Assembly (NCBI GenBank): GCA_963706285.1
Contig: CAVPLU010000008.1
Location: 49,210 to 113,209, forward strand
Direction: 5' to 3'
DNA length: 64,000 bases
Origin: Candidatus Bathyarchaeota archaeon
GTDB taxonomy: Archaea; Thermoproteota; Bathyarchaeia; 40CM-2-53-6
Positions 1 to 9,858 of this stretch are shown piece by piece. Numbering within the stretch: position 1 is the first letter of the stretch; each line of letters opens with the position of its first letter. The position numbers and the translations under genes are program-made. Below the pieces are notes generated by a model. It had not been told where the DNA came from. It was given only the letters and a program-made list of their open reading frames with translations, and ran no database searches.

Positions 1-857
1 CCACCAGCGCTTGCAAGCACAATATCCGCCGGTTCTTTGATGGGTACCTTCTCTTGGTCATCAACGATTTTCGACGCGGCTCGTTGCGCAGCTATTGGAT
101 CTCCGGCGAATCCGCTGATGATTCGATTTGACTCGTCTAGGACAACGTTAACGACGTATCGTAGTCCCGTCAGTCGTCCTGCTTCTTCGAAGTCTTCACG
201 AACCGGGTTGGAATCGATGACTCCTGGTTCTGCGTTGGGAAGAGTCATGAGGCTGTGATTTCTCTCGATCGTCTCTTTGCCCGCGAGACCAGGCACCACT
301 GCCTTGTAGCCGCCTGTGTAGCCGGCGAAATAGTGCACATCGACGTTTCCGATGGCAAGAGCAAAATCTGCTTCGAGAAGAAGCGGGTTGACAGATACTC
401 GTGTGCCGCGGGTGGTGGTTCCGATGTATTGCACGGAATCCACTGTGTGATCGATGACTTTCGGAATTGAAGTCGAGTACGAGCCTAGAAGAACGCGTTT
501 CTCTGCGGCTGTATGGCCCCTATGTGTTCCTGTTCCGATGAGGACTCGCATGTTGTCGCGGGGAACGCCTGCTGCCTTGAACGATCGCATGACATGGGGG
601 AGGATTGTCCGTGTCGGGCAAGGCCTCGTGATGTCACTCACTACAATCGCGACTTTGTCCTTACGGTCAAGAAGTTTCTGGAGAGGTTCTGCGCCTCTAG
701 GCGCAGCTAATGCTTGAGGAACGCTTGGGCCACGGTGGACTGAAGGTCTCGGTCTCACGATCTCGAGTAGACGACTCTTCGGGATCTCAAGTTTGATTGA
801 ACCTTTTCCGTACCTGAGAGAAACCTGCAACCGACAGCCCTCACAGTGGTCGGTCAT
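1..857 (-). CDS. Nickel-dependent lactate racemase (LarA/DUF2088) family, runs off window start
   Basis: Manual translation: ...LRYGKG...VAIVVSDITRPCPT...IGTGTHRGH...VHYFAGYTGGYKAVVPG...NPVRED...ASAGG. Start is ATG 857 or TTG 830. Not in the ORF track because it has no stop in the window. Confidence 0.85.
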   Translation of the reverse strand, partial: MTDHCEGCRLQVSLRYGKGSIKLEIPKSRLLEIVRPRPSVHRGPSVPQALAAPRGAEPLQKLLDRKDKVAIVVSDITRPCPTRTILPHVMRSFKAAGVPRDNMRVLIGTGTHRGHTAAEKRVLLGSYSTSIPKVIDHTVDSVQYIGTTTRGTRVSVNPLLLEADFALAIGNVDVHYFAGYTGGYKAVVPGLAGKETIERNHSLMTLPNAEPGVIDSNPVREDFEEAGRLTGLRYVVNVVLDESNRIISGFAGDPIAAQRAASKIVDDQEKVPIKEPADIVLASAG

Positions 858-940
858 GCTCAAAGCGTCTCATAGAAGTTTTGTTGAAGCGCAGCTTCGC
901 AAAATCGTTAACTAGAGGCAACCGAAGTAGCAGAGACTGA

Positions 941-1072
941 GCGGGGGTACCCGAGGCCAGCCGTCGTGCTGGCGGGAACCAGGTCTAAGGGGTAGAAGCG
1001 TCCAGACGCTGCCTCAGCTTCAGGAGCCTATGGCGTAGGCCTTCGGGGGTTCGAATCCCCCCTCCCGCACCA
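941..1072 (+). tRNA. tRNA-Leu(CAG), CCA encoded, with two non-canonical introns (956-978 at position 15/16; 996-1016 at position 29/30)
   Basis: After removing both introns: acceptor GCGGGGG/CTCCCGC, D stem CCC/GGG, anticodon arm TAGGC-TT-CAG-GA-GCCTA, long variable arm, T arm GGGGG-TTCGAAT-CCCCC, then ACCA. Both introns form BHB-type motifs. Confidence 0.93.
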
Positions 1073-1610
1073 CTCTTGAGTGACGGCAAGATCTAATCAC
1101 TGCAAAGTGGCCCATGAAATAGATGCAAGATTCATGATGTGCGCCACAGGAATGTCGTATGGGAGAATTCCTTAGTCGATTCGCCATATCATGGCCCAGA
1201 AAGCGGAGAAGGTTCCAACAACAAGAAGAGACAAGTGTGAACGAGCAGCATCAGAAAAATCACGGGCCTGACTTCAGTCTAGGTAAATGATATTTAGCAC
1301 GCGAGAATGAGCTACTATTGCTGAGACATGTCCACACGTCCGGAAAGAAGACTTGAATACGAACTGGAACAGCTGCTCCTACACATCGTGCAACATGAGC
1401 CTTCCAACATCGGTAAACGAACTTTAGTCGCAGCAATTGCTAGATGATGTAAGATCCCCTGATCAGATTCGAAGAAAGAGAGCTGAAGACTCGGCCAAGA
1501 AGGATCTGGGAATTGGGAGTTTTGGGAATTCTTAGCAACTATGCGTCAGAATCGAACTCATGTAGGCAACTCTAGATTCGATTGATATTTGAATCGTGGC
1601 CTGATGTGTT

Positions 1611-1736
1611 ATGTCTAGAAGAAGAGCAAGAAGAAGGAGAAGAATACGAGCTAGAAGAACACAGCAGAAGAGCAGGCGAGCAAGGAGCCAACCTGAAAAG
1701 GAAAGAAGAACAGGGCACCGGCGTGCCAAAAGATAA
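1611..1736 (+). CDS. 41-aa arginine-rich (protamine-like) micro-protein
   Basis: MSRRRARRRRRIRARRTQQKSRRARSQPEKERRTGHRRAKR*, 19/41 Arg. TATA-like TTGATATTT at 1582-1590. Confidence 0.45.
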   Translation: MSRRRARRRRRIRARRTQQKSRRARSQPEKERRTGHRRAKR

Positions 1737-1966
1737 TAGCATCATTTGCATCTTTACAATTACCCGCAGCTTGCATCTTGCTTGTCTCAATGTTGATCAG
1801 TCGGTGGCGGATTCGCACAGTCCAAGGCAGCCATCGGTCAAACACCTGCCCGACATGGACAACGCATCGGTCGGATGTTGCTGGCGGAATCCTTCTGGTG
1901 CAGGAGATGAGTACCCACCGAAACTTTCATAGGCCGAAGCCGCACATCGGGAGCGGACAATCAGTC

Positions 1967-3052
1967 ATGTCACTCAAAGTCTTCGTAAGTAGTAGGATCA
2001 AGAACGGAGAACTAGCCGAGGAGCGCAACCTGGCGCGGAAAACAATCGAAGAATTGAAGCTAGAGCCTATAATGTGGGAGTTCCTCCCACCATCCACGTC
2101 ATTGGATGCCGAAGACGCCTACCTAGACGGAGTCCGGCTTTGCGAAGTATATGTGGGAATAATCGGTGTGGAGGGCTCCCCCGCATCGCTTCGGGAATTC
2201 GAAGAAGCCGTGAAACTCGACAAGAAATGTTTCATGTTTGTGAAGAAAGTGCCCCAGCGACAACCAGGTGAAGATGAGTTCCTAGAGCATGCCAGAAAAT
2301 CCAAGTGCGATGAATACTCGGATCCCCAAGAATTCTCGTCACAATTGGAGAAGATGCTTCTTGCCTTCATAGCTGAACAAACGCTGAGACGACTAGAAAC
2401 AAAGGGTGAGTCCCGGGAGAACGTTGTTCACGCTTATCTTGAAGAATATGTTAGACCTGTGTTTGACGAAGTCAAGGAAATTGCTCTTTCTTTGAGCGAC
2501 AGACGATATGTTGAGCTCCCTACTAATGCTTGGAGTAGTGCCAGCAGAAGCGAGTTCTTTGGCACAGACGCTAGTGCGGATCAGCGGCTAGCAGAATTCT
2601 ACTCCAGGGTGCACAGCCTCAACGACTTGCGCAACGCTGCCATCGATGACCACAGACAGAACGTTGTTTCGGCAATGGAAGAAACGTTCCTTGAGACCGC
2701 CCAACCTCTCAATGAGTACGTCGTTGTCGAACGTCTACTAAATGAGAGCTTCGAATTCTTTCTAACCCGCGTGGATCCTTACAGTGAGCTTGCCAAGCCG
2801 TTGTTAAATCGGCTTGATGGCCCACTCAAGTCTATTGCGCCTGAATATTGGAAAATACCATATGTGTCCGCACTGTGGCTTGTCAATAGGGCGTTCGTGC
2901 GGAGCCATCCTCCCGTTCTGGAAGAGAAGGGTGTATTGAAAGGAGGCAGAATGGCTACATATCTTGATGCATTCGGGGCCCTTCATCCCGTGGCAAGACG
3001 GATCTGTGAAATGCTACAAGAAATCTATCAAGGAAAGATCCAAGGCTCATGA
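1967..3052 (+). CDS. DUF4062 domain protein with helical C-terminal region
   Basis: N-terminus LKVFVSS...ELAEER...AYLDGVRLCEVYVGIIG...SLREFEEAVKLDK matches the DUF4062 pattern. Likely start ATG 1967. Confidence 0.7.
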   Translation: MSLKVFVSSRIKNGELAEERNLARKTIEELKLEPIMWEFLPPSTSLDAEDAYLDGVRLCEVYVGIIGVEGSPASLREFEEAVKLDKKCFMFVKKVPQRQPGEDEFLEHARKSKCDEYSDPQEFSSQLEKMLLAFIAEQTLRRLETKGESRENVVHAYLEEYVRPVFDEVKEIALSLSDRRYVELPTNAWSSASRSEFFGTDASADQRLAEFYSRVHSLNDLRNAAIDDHRQNVVSAMEETFLETAQPLNEYVVVERLLNESFEFFLTRVDPYSELAKPLLNRLDGPLKSIAPEYWKIPYVSALWLVNRAFVRSHPPVLEEKGVLKGGRMATYLDAFGALHPVARRICEMLQEIYQGKIQGS

Positions 3053-3300
3053 CAACATTTGGAACGCAGTACGACATATCACTTCTTCATTTCGATTCAC
3101 CTTGAATTAGACTCTCGACTGATCCCAAGCCCTTTTTTGTCACACGAAGGATCTTCCGACCTATTTCCTGCCGCCTTGAAAGACAGAATAGATACTCGAT
3201 CTTGAGGGAAGCTTTGAATTCATCTTTTCTCCTTATGGGACCGCAGCTGGCCGCGTAGAAGATACCGTGAACCTGAGAATGATCGAAATCAGTTTCGACG

Positions 3301-4167
3301 ATGGTTGTCATGCCGGAACCGCTCACCAAAGTGGATTTCACGAATTTGAACAAAGTGCTGTATCCAGAGCATGGAGTCACGAAAGCTCAGGTTATTGAGT
3401 ACTACATCAGAATTGCCCCAAAGATGCTCGGCCTGTTGGCGAAAAGGCCGCTTTCTCTGACCAGGTTTCCTAATGGCGTCGATAAGCTTGGCTTCTACGA
3501 GAAGGACACCCCAACGGGTACGCCATCGTGGGTAGAGACTTTCAAGAGATACTCCGAAACAGCGCAACGGGAAATCAATTACATAGTCTGCAATGATTTG
3601 GACACACTCCTTTGGCTCGCCAACCTCGCCGCCTTGGAGATCCACATGACGCTTTCCCAGACAGACTCCTTCGAAAGTCCGGATCTCGCCCTAATTGACC
3701 TAGATCCGGAACCACCGGTAGGCTACGATGATGTCGTCGAAGTCGCGCTCTTGCTGAAAGAAAAACTAGAGGCATCAGATCTCAGATCCTACGTCAAGAC
3801 ATCTGGCAGGAAGGGATTGCATGTTGTAGTCCCCATTTGTGAGGGATACACGTTTCGAGAGACACGAGAATTCGTCCATCAGATCGGAAGAAGCCTAGAG
3901 AAAGAATCCGATATCGTCGTCGCAGAGTTCTCCAGGTCACGAGACTCCGGAACGGTCTTCATAGATTACTTGCAGAATTCCCACGGAAGAACAATGGTTT
4001 GCCCTTACAGTTTGAGAGCTACTCCCAACGCGACCTTGTCAATGCCTCTGGAATGGAGCGACGTAAGGAAGGGTTTGAATCCCGAAGAGTTTAACATACT
4101 CACCGCGCGAGGAATTGACAGCAACCCGTGGAAGGATCTGCTTCAGGACAAGCAGAGACTGGCGTGA
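3301..4167 (+). CDS. ligD: NHEJ primase-polymerase (stand-alone LigD POL domain)
   Basis: TNLNKVLYP, RPLSLTRFPNG, LWLANLAALEIH, DLDP, KTSGRKGLH, FIDYLQN, PYSLRA motifs. Confidence 0.92.
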   Translation: MVVMPEPLTKVDFTNLNKVLYPEHGVTKAQVIEYYIRIAPKMLGLLAKRPLSLTRFPNGVDKLGFYEKDTPTGTPSWVETFKRYSETAQREINYIVCNDLDTLLWLANLAALEIHMTLSQTDSFESPDLALIDLDPEPPVGYDDVVEVALLLKEKLEASDLRSYVKTSGRKGLHVVVPICEGYTFRETREFVHQIGRSLEKESDIVVAEFSRSRDSGTVFIDYLQNSHGRTMVCPYSLRATPNATLSMPLEWSDVRKGLNPEEFNILTARGIDSNPWKDLLQDKQRLA

Positions 4168-4173
4168 GCTGGG

Positions 4174-4968
4174 ATGGTTAAAGAGAAGAGGGAAATATCC
4201 AGCAGACCGATTTGGACTGGAAGAATTAGTATCGGTCTAGTGAATGTTCCAGTCAAACTCCATACGATGGTATTTGATAGGGGTGTCTCTTTCCATTTTC
4301 TGCACAAGGACGATGGCCAACCGCTGAAGTACGAGAGGGTTTGCACTAAAGACGGTCAAGTCGTTGCTTGGGAGAATGTCGTGAAGGGGTACGAGGTCAG
4401 CAAGGGTCGGTTTGTAGTCTTCCAGAAAGACGAATTGAATGCGGCAAGGCCGGAGTCAAATCAGACGATCCGCCTTCAGAAGTTTGTAGACTTCCTTTCG
4501 ATCGATCCGATCTACCTCGATAGATCCTACATTCTGGCGCCTGACAAGAGCGATGACGCCTACAGCCTTCTCTTGGGGACTCTTCAGAAAATGGGCAAGG
4601 CGGGTGTCGGGAGGATCACATTGCGGGAGAAGGAGTGTCCAGTTCTTGTGCATCCCTACAAGAACGCCCTAGTCTTGACCACTCTGCGATACGCAAGCGA
4701 GATCGCAGACCCCGCCCGGCTCGAAGAGCTGAAGACGCTTAAACAACCTAACCAGGAAGAGATCGCCCTCGCCAAGAAGATAGTATCAGATCTCTCAGGA
4801 GAATTCGACATAACAGAGTACAAAGACGCCTACCAAGAAAAAGTGAAGGCTCTGATAGAGAAGAAGATGAAAGGTGAAACAATCGTCTACGAACAGCCCG
4901 TGAAGGAAGAAGCAAAGGAACTCATGGTGGCCCTCCAGGAAACTCTCAAACAACTGAAGAAGAAATGA
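4174..4968 (+). CDS. ku: NHEJ DNA end-binding protein Ku
   Basis: RPIWTGRISIGLVNVPVKL, IDPIYLDRSY, YKDAYQEKVKALIEKK, ELMVALQETL. Confidence 0.95.
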   Translation: MVKEKREISSRPIWTGRISIGLVNVPVKLHTMVFDRGVSFHFLHKDDGQPLKYERVCTKDGQVVAWENVVKGYEVSKGRFVVFQKDELNAARPESNQTIRLQKFVDFLSIDPIYLDRSYILAPDKSDDAYSLLLGTLQKMGKAGVGRITLREKECPVLVHPYKNALVLTTLRYASEIADPARLEELKTLKQPNQEEIALAKKIVSDLSGEFDITEYKDAYQEKVKALIEKKMKGETIVYEQPVKEEAKELMVALQETLKQLKKK

Positions 4969-6363
4969 GCCCCAACCGATACAGACCAATGCTCGCACAA
5001 TCCGTGCCAGCACCCTTCACCTCCAAAGACTGGATCTTCGAGATCAAATGGGATGGCTTTAGGGCGATCAGCTACGTGGACGATGAGCTGAGAATAACGA
5101 GTAGAAATGGCACGGAGTTGAAGCACAACTTCCCCGAACTTCAAGAATTGAAAGATCTAGCTCGCAACGTTGTGCTCGACGGCGAAATAGTTGTAATGAA
5201 AAATGGGAAAGCGGATTTCCAAGCAGTCTTAGAACGAAACAGAAGAACAACTTCTCTCGACATTGAATATCGATCCCAAGAATCTCCCGCAACATACGTA
5301 ATCTTTGACATACTCGAAAAGGACGGCAATGCCCTCATCGGTCTTCCCTTAGTCGAAAGAAAACGAATCCTGAAAGAATCCGTAAGAGAAGGTCAACATG
5401 TCATACTATCGATCTATGAAGAAGAGGATGGAAGATCATACTACGATGCTGCCCTCAAACAGGGCATAGAAGGCGTAATAGCGAAGCGAAAAGATAGTCC
5501 ATACGAACCTGGCGCTAGAAGCAACAACTGGCTGAAGATAAAGTCCCTCACGTCCTGTGACTGTGTAATCTTCGGATATACGAGCGGAGAAGGCCGCAGG
5601 AAAGAGCGCTTTCGGGGCAATGATCCTGGGACTCTATGATGGCGGAACGCCAGTCTATGTTGGAAAGGTGGGTACAGGGTTCTCGGACGACGCAATGGAA
5701 CTTCTGATGCAAGCATTTCAGGACTTGCGAATGAAGGAACCAACTCTCAGTAATGTTGACGTTTCACAACAGATTACTTGGCTTAAGCCGATTCTTGTTT
5801 GCGAGATCGTCTATCAAACAGTCACGAAAGACCATAGACTCCGCATGCCAAGGTTCAGCAGATTGCGATCCGACAAAGCTCCGCTTGAATGCACGTTAGA
5901 TCAAATAATGCCTACGGGCTTGCAGGAATACGTCTCTAAACGGGACTTTGGTCTCACCCCTGAACCCGCGGGTACTTTAGTGAGAGAGGAAGGCATGGCA
6001 TTCGTTGTGCAGGAGCATCATGCCAGAAGGCTTCACTATGACTTCAGGCTGGAGAGGTTGGGAGTTCTGAAGAGCTGGGCCGTTCCAAAAGGAGTTCCCG
6101 AAAAACCCGGTGACAAGAGACTCGCGGTGGAGACTGAAGATCATCCGCTAGAATACAAAGAATTCGAAGGCACGATTCCTCAGGGGCAATATGGCGCCGG
6201 AACCGTCAAGACATGGGATAAAGGTTCATACAAACTCCTTGTATGGGATAAAGAAAAGATCGAGTTCATTCTCACTGGAGAAAGGCTTGACGGCAGATAT
6301 GTCCTTGCGAGATTCAAGAAGGCAGGGCCGAAGCAGTGGCTTCTGATTAGAGCGAGGAATTGA
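4965..6363 (+). CDS. ligD: NHEJ ATP-dependent DNA ligase fused to C-terminal 3'-phosphoesterase (PE); apparent frameshift near 5600
   Basis: PMLA, FEIKWDGFR, LDGEIV, EGVIAK, WLKIK. Second frame continues (FGA)MILGLYD...GKVGTGF...LRMPRF (OB domain), then FVVQEHHARRLHYDFRLE...SWAVPKG...EDHPLEY (PE). Confidence 0.88.
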
Positions 6364-6364
6364 A

Positions 6365-7123
6365 TTGGCAGCCAAGGTTCACATCGGCACAATGGGCTGG
6401 AGCTACAACTTCTGGACGAGTGGATTCTATCCAACAGACCTAGCGCCGGAGAACTTTCTTTCCGAATATGCGAAACACTTCGACACGGTCGAGGTAGACA
6501 ACACGTTCTACAGGATCCCCAGCAAAGAGACAGTGGAGAAATGGAGAGATCAGACCCCGCCAAATTTCTTGTTCTCAGCGAAATTTCCCAGACGCATAAC
6601 TCACGAAAAAATGCTAAAGGACTGCGAAGAAGTCGTGAAGGTGTTCCTTGATCGAATATCCTGTCTGCAAGACAAGCTTGGCCCCTTGCTGCTTCAATTC
6701 CCCTACGCATTCAAGCCCGAGCACGTCGAGCTCCTAAGAGATCTACTAGCTAGACTACCCAGGGCGCATCGCTACGTCGTAGAGGTCAGAAACAAGAAGC
6801 TGCTGCAGGAAGAATTCTACTCCTTACTCAAAGAAAACAAAACGGCCTTAGCCCTCGTGGAACAGCCTTTCATGCCCACCATTGAAGTCATGGCTTCTGA
6901 CTTCACCTACATCCGCTTGGAAGGCGACAGGAGAAGAGTGACGGGGACTCTGGGCAAGGTGGAGATCGACAAGAGTGACGGCATTAGAGGTTGGGCGGAA
7001 AGGATCAAGAAATATTTGGATCTCTCAATGGAGGTGTTCGTGTACTTCAGCAAATACTACTCAGGCTACCCTCCCGAAGATGCGGCGCAACTCGTCAAGC
7101 TGCTGAGTCAAGTAGAAACCTAA
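6365..7123 (+). CDS. DUF72 (YecE/YunF) family protein
   Basis: HIGTMGWSY..W...FYP, YAKHFDTVEVDNTFYRIP, LGPLLLQFP, YIRLEG. Confidence 0.9.
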   Translation: MAAKVHIGTMGWSYNFWTSGFYPTDLAPENFLSEYAKHFDTVEVDNTFYRIPSKETVEKWRDQTPPNFLFSAKFPRRITHEKMLKDCEEVVKVFLDRISCLQDKLGPLLLQFPYAFKPEHVELLRDLLARLPRAHRYVVEVRNKKLLQEEFYSLLKENKTALALVEQPFMPTIEVMASDFTYIRLEGDRRRVTGTLGKVEIDKSDGIRGWAERIKKYLDLSMEVFVYFSKYYSGYPPEDAAQLVKLLSQVET

Positions 7124-7354
7124 GGTTCCAAAGCCGGCAGTCGAAGCCGAATCAATTCGCGCGGTCGTATCTCCTCCCACACCGTTCGGGGCAGACAATT
7201 ATCTAGCTAGCGAGACTCCACCCATTCCAGTATGAGTTGCATTCGACCGATCGCATTGTGATGATGCTCGTCTCTGCTATGTCAGTAAGGTGACTAACCC
7301 ATGCCTTGGAAAGTCTTATCTGCAGAGTAAAGGAAACGCTCGCGAGGCCGGATT

Positions 7355-8602
7355 ATGCTTCATTTGAAACCGAGTAGAATGAAGAGGTTGTTTCTCACAC
7401 TTGTCTTGGCGTTTGTCATATCTACAGGTGCAAGTTCCGCGGCGGTGTCAATGCAGCCTGCATGGGCTGACTTTCCGGGGGATAATGGTAAGATCGTTTT
7501 CCACAGCACCCGCGCTGGCAACTATGACATCTATACGATGAATACTGATGGCTCAGGAACAGTCAGACTAACAGATAACCCAAAAGATGACTATGACGCT
7601 GCGTACTCTTCGGACGGGAAGAAGATAGCGTTCACAAGTACCCGAGACAATCCGAAAGGCCAGATCTACGTCATGAATGCTGACGGCTCAGGGGTAAACC
7701 GGCTGACGAACAACGCAGCAAGCGATGGTTACGCCGTCTGGTCTCCTGACGGATCACGGCTCGCCTTTGAGAGTAACCGAACCGGCAACTTTGAGGTCTA
7801 CGTCATGAATGCTGATGGTTCAGGGCAGATCAACCTGACGAATAATCCAGCGATCGATGGCTCCCCCGCTTGGTCTCCTGACGGCCAGAAGATAGCTTTC
7901 CACACGAATAGAGATGGCAACTGGCAGATCTACGCTATGAATGCTGATGGTTCAGGCCAGATCAACCTTACGAAGAAGTCGTCAAATGATCTCGACCCCA
8001 ATTGGTCTCCAGACGGGTCAAGGTTAGTGTTCGGTAGCGGTAGGGATGGGAACTGGGAGATCTACGCTATGAATGCCGATGGTTCAAACCAAACGAGACT
8101 CACAGGCAATCCTGCATATGATAGGTGGCCAGCTTGGTCTCCTGACGGCCAGAAGATAGCTTTCCAAACGAATAGGGATAGTAACGATTGGGAGATCTAT
8201 GTGATGAACGCTGCAGATGGTGCAGTGGTAAACAGGCTGACTAACTGGACGGGAGCCGACGGGAACCCGGCCTGGCAGCCACTCCCGACCTCCACTACAA
8301 CCACTGCCACTACCAGTACCGAAGAGCAGGGGGACTACGTGAGTAGAGGCGAATTGTTCCTGTATTTGGGGATTCTGACAGCAGCATTTCTGGCAATAGC
8401 GCTCATAGGCAGAAGGGGAAGCCGTAGGCCCGCTCCGACACCCTCGATATTTCCAGCTGCTGCGCCCGTCACACCGACAGCCGCTCCTTACACGGTTTCG
8501 CAACCGTCGACCACAACCAAACACTGCAGCCAGTGTGGCTCAGAAATACCTGAAACAGCGAAATTCTGCACAATATGTGGCGCATCCCAACCCAGGAAAT
8601 GA
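7355..8602 (+). CDS. Secreted TolB-like PD40 beta-propeller protein with C-terminal TM anchor and zinc ribbon
   Basis: Signal peptide, repeated WSPDGxKIAF...EIYVMNADGS units, Thr-rich linker, TM helix, CSQC...CTICG. Confidence 0.88.
   Translation: MLHLKPSRMKRLFLTLVLAFVISTGASSAAVSMQPAWADFPGDNGKIVFHSTRAGNYDIYTMNTDGSGTVRLTDNPKDDYDAAYSSDGKKIAFTSTRDNPKGQIYVMNADGSGVNRLTNNAASDGYAVWSPDGSRLAFESNRTGNFEVYVMNADGSGQINLTNNPAIDGSPAWSPDGQKIAFHTNRDGNWQIYAMNADGSGQINLTKKSSNDLDPNWSPDGSRLVFGSGRDGNWEIYAMNADGSNQTRLTGNPAYDRWPAWSPDGQKIAFQTNRDSNDWEIYVMNAADGAVVNRLTNWTGADGNPAWQPLPTSTTTTATTSTEEQGDYVSRGELFLYLGILTAAFLAIALIGRRGSRRPAPTPSIFPAAAPVTPTAAPYTVSQPSTTTKHCSQCGSEIPETAKFCTICGASQPRK
7600..8280 (+). repeat. Intragenic 132-bp (44-aa) PD40 repeats
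   Basis: TGGTCTCC(T/A)GACGG recurs at 7739, 7871, 8003 and 8135. Confidence 0.85.
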
Positions 8603-8633
8603 TATCGAAGGATGTCGCTAGTTCGGTGATGCG

Positions 8634-9575
8634 TTAGGTTAGGAACAGGATTGAGACTCCAACTACAGCCATGACTGCGCCTATTATTCCTCGCAGACTA
8701 GTCCTTTGCTTGTATAGTACCCATACCACTGGAATTATGAAGATTGGCATCAAGGACAATAGGGTCTGAGCGACGCCGGCATCAGTGTAGGTTACCGCGA
8801 CCATAGACAATGTCACACCCATAAAAGGTCCAATGAATGCACCAGCAGCAGTGCGGCTGATTCCTTCTTTGTTGTTTACTGCATTGCGAAGTTCAGGCAG
8901 TTTCCTTGCAGCTGCTGCCACAATCCACACAGATAATGCTCCAAGAATCATTCGCATCAAGGTTGCAGATAGTGGATTCAGCGCTATTCCTGGATTTGCG
9001 TAGATTCCCTTTTTTGCTAGAACCAAGCCTAGTCCCTGACCAATCGCTCCAATTAACGCAAGCAAGAGACCGTAGTTTCTTTGCTTCTTTGAAACGAGTT
9101 CTTCTCCAGAGCACTCTTCCTCTTCTAGTATGACGATGACGACACCGCCTAGAGTCACGGCTATTCCAATTACGGCCAACGTCGGGATTATCTCTCCCAA
9201 CATCAGGTAAGCAGCTACGGACGCGAATATTGGAGACAAAGCCATCAGAAGAACTGAACGCCGGGGTCCAATCTCAACAAGCGCACCGAAGTATCCAAAA
9301 TCACCTATGCATAGCCCAACAACCCCGCTCATTCCCATCCAGAACCACTGCTGATTGTTCGCCATGGGCAATATGGTTCCTAGGAGAATGATATGCGAAA
9401 CCGCAAGGAAGCCCACCGCCATGATCAAACGATAAGCGTTGACACTGAGTGAACCAATCCTCTTTCCAGCTGAAGCGAAGAACAAGGAGTTGACTGTCCA
9501 AAGGAATGAAGTAGCTACTGCGGCGATCTCTCCAACAATGTTAGGGTCCAAATCATTCACTGCGCTCGTGTTCAA
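8634..9575 (-). CDS. EamA/DMT family transporter
   Basis: About 10 hydrophobic segments in two repeats; LSPIFASVAAYLMLGE motif. Confidence 0.85.
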   Translation of the reverse strand: MNTSAVNDLDPNIVGEIAAVATSFLWTVNSLFFASAGKRIGSLSVNAYRLIMAVGFLAVSHIILLGTILPMANNQQWFWMGMSGVVGLCIGDFGYFGALVEIGPRRSVLLMALSPIFASVAAYLMLGEIIPTLAVIGIAVTLGGVVIVILEEEECSGEELVSKKQRNYGLLLALIGAIGQGLGLVLAKKGIYANPGIALNPLSATLMRMILGALSVWIVAAAARKLPELRNAVNNKEGISRTAAGAFIGPFMGVTLSMVAVTYTDAGVAQTLLSLMPIFIIPVVWVLYKQRTSLRGIIGAVMAVVGVSILFLT

Positions 9576-9858
9576 TACGTGTAGCTAGGGAAACGCAGGG
9601 GTCCTTTTCGTCTTTGGTCTGCAAGCCTCATGGTGCGCCCTGCCAGAAGGAGGCATGGAGCAGCGGGAGAAAAATAAAAGATCATGGGTTCGGCAACTAT
9701 GAATTCGATATCAATAGTGCTCTAGTGTTAGGAAGAAGCCCTTTCGCTTCATCCGCGCCGTCGTTCCGGTTCAAGTGAAGGTTGCCGGTGACGTGAATCA
9801 AGACTAGTGAAGTCGTTCCAGCAAGATTATCAGAGACACTGTGGTCCAGGTCGTTCAG

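Noticed and set aside
1582-1966. ORF-track 116-aa acidic ORF and the N-terminal extension of the DUF4062 ORF
   Set aside because: No motifs. The DUF4062 domain begins at ATG 1967, and an alternative ATG-initiated Arg-rich frame fits the promoter better.
5590-5625. Programmed frameshift in the NHEJ ligase
   Set aside because: No X-XXY-YYZ slippery heptamer, and many similar indels across the window point to sequencing error.
7163-7183. GGTCGTATCTCCTCCCACACC resembles the tRNA 3' end (possible attR closing a tRNA-NHEJ island)
   Set aside because: The match needs gaps and several mismatches in a C-rich tract, and no integrase is present. Too weak to call.
7600-8280. Regularly spaced repeats, possible CRISPR
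   Set aside because: 132-bp period inside an ORF, encoding PD40 protein repeats; no unique spacers or cas genes.
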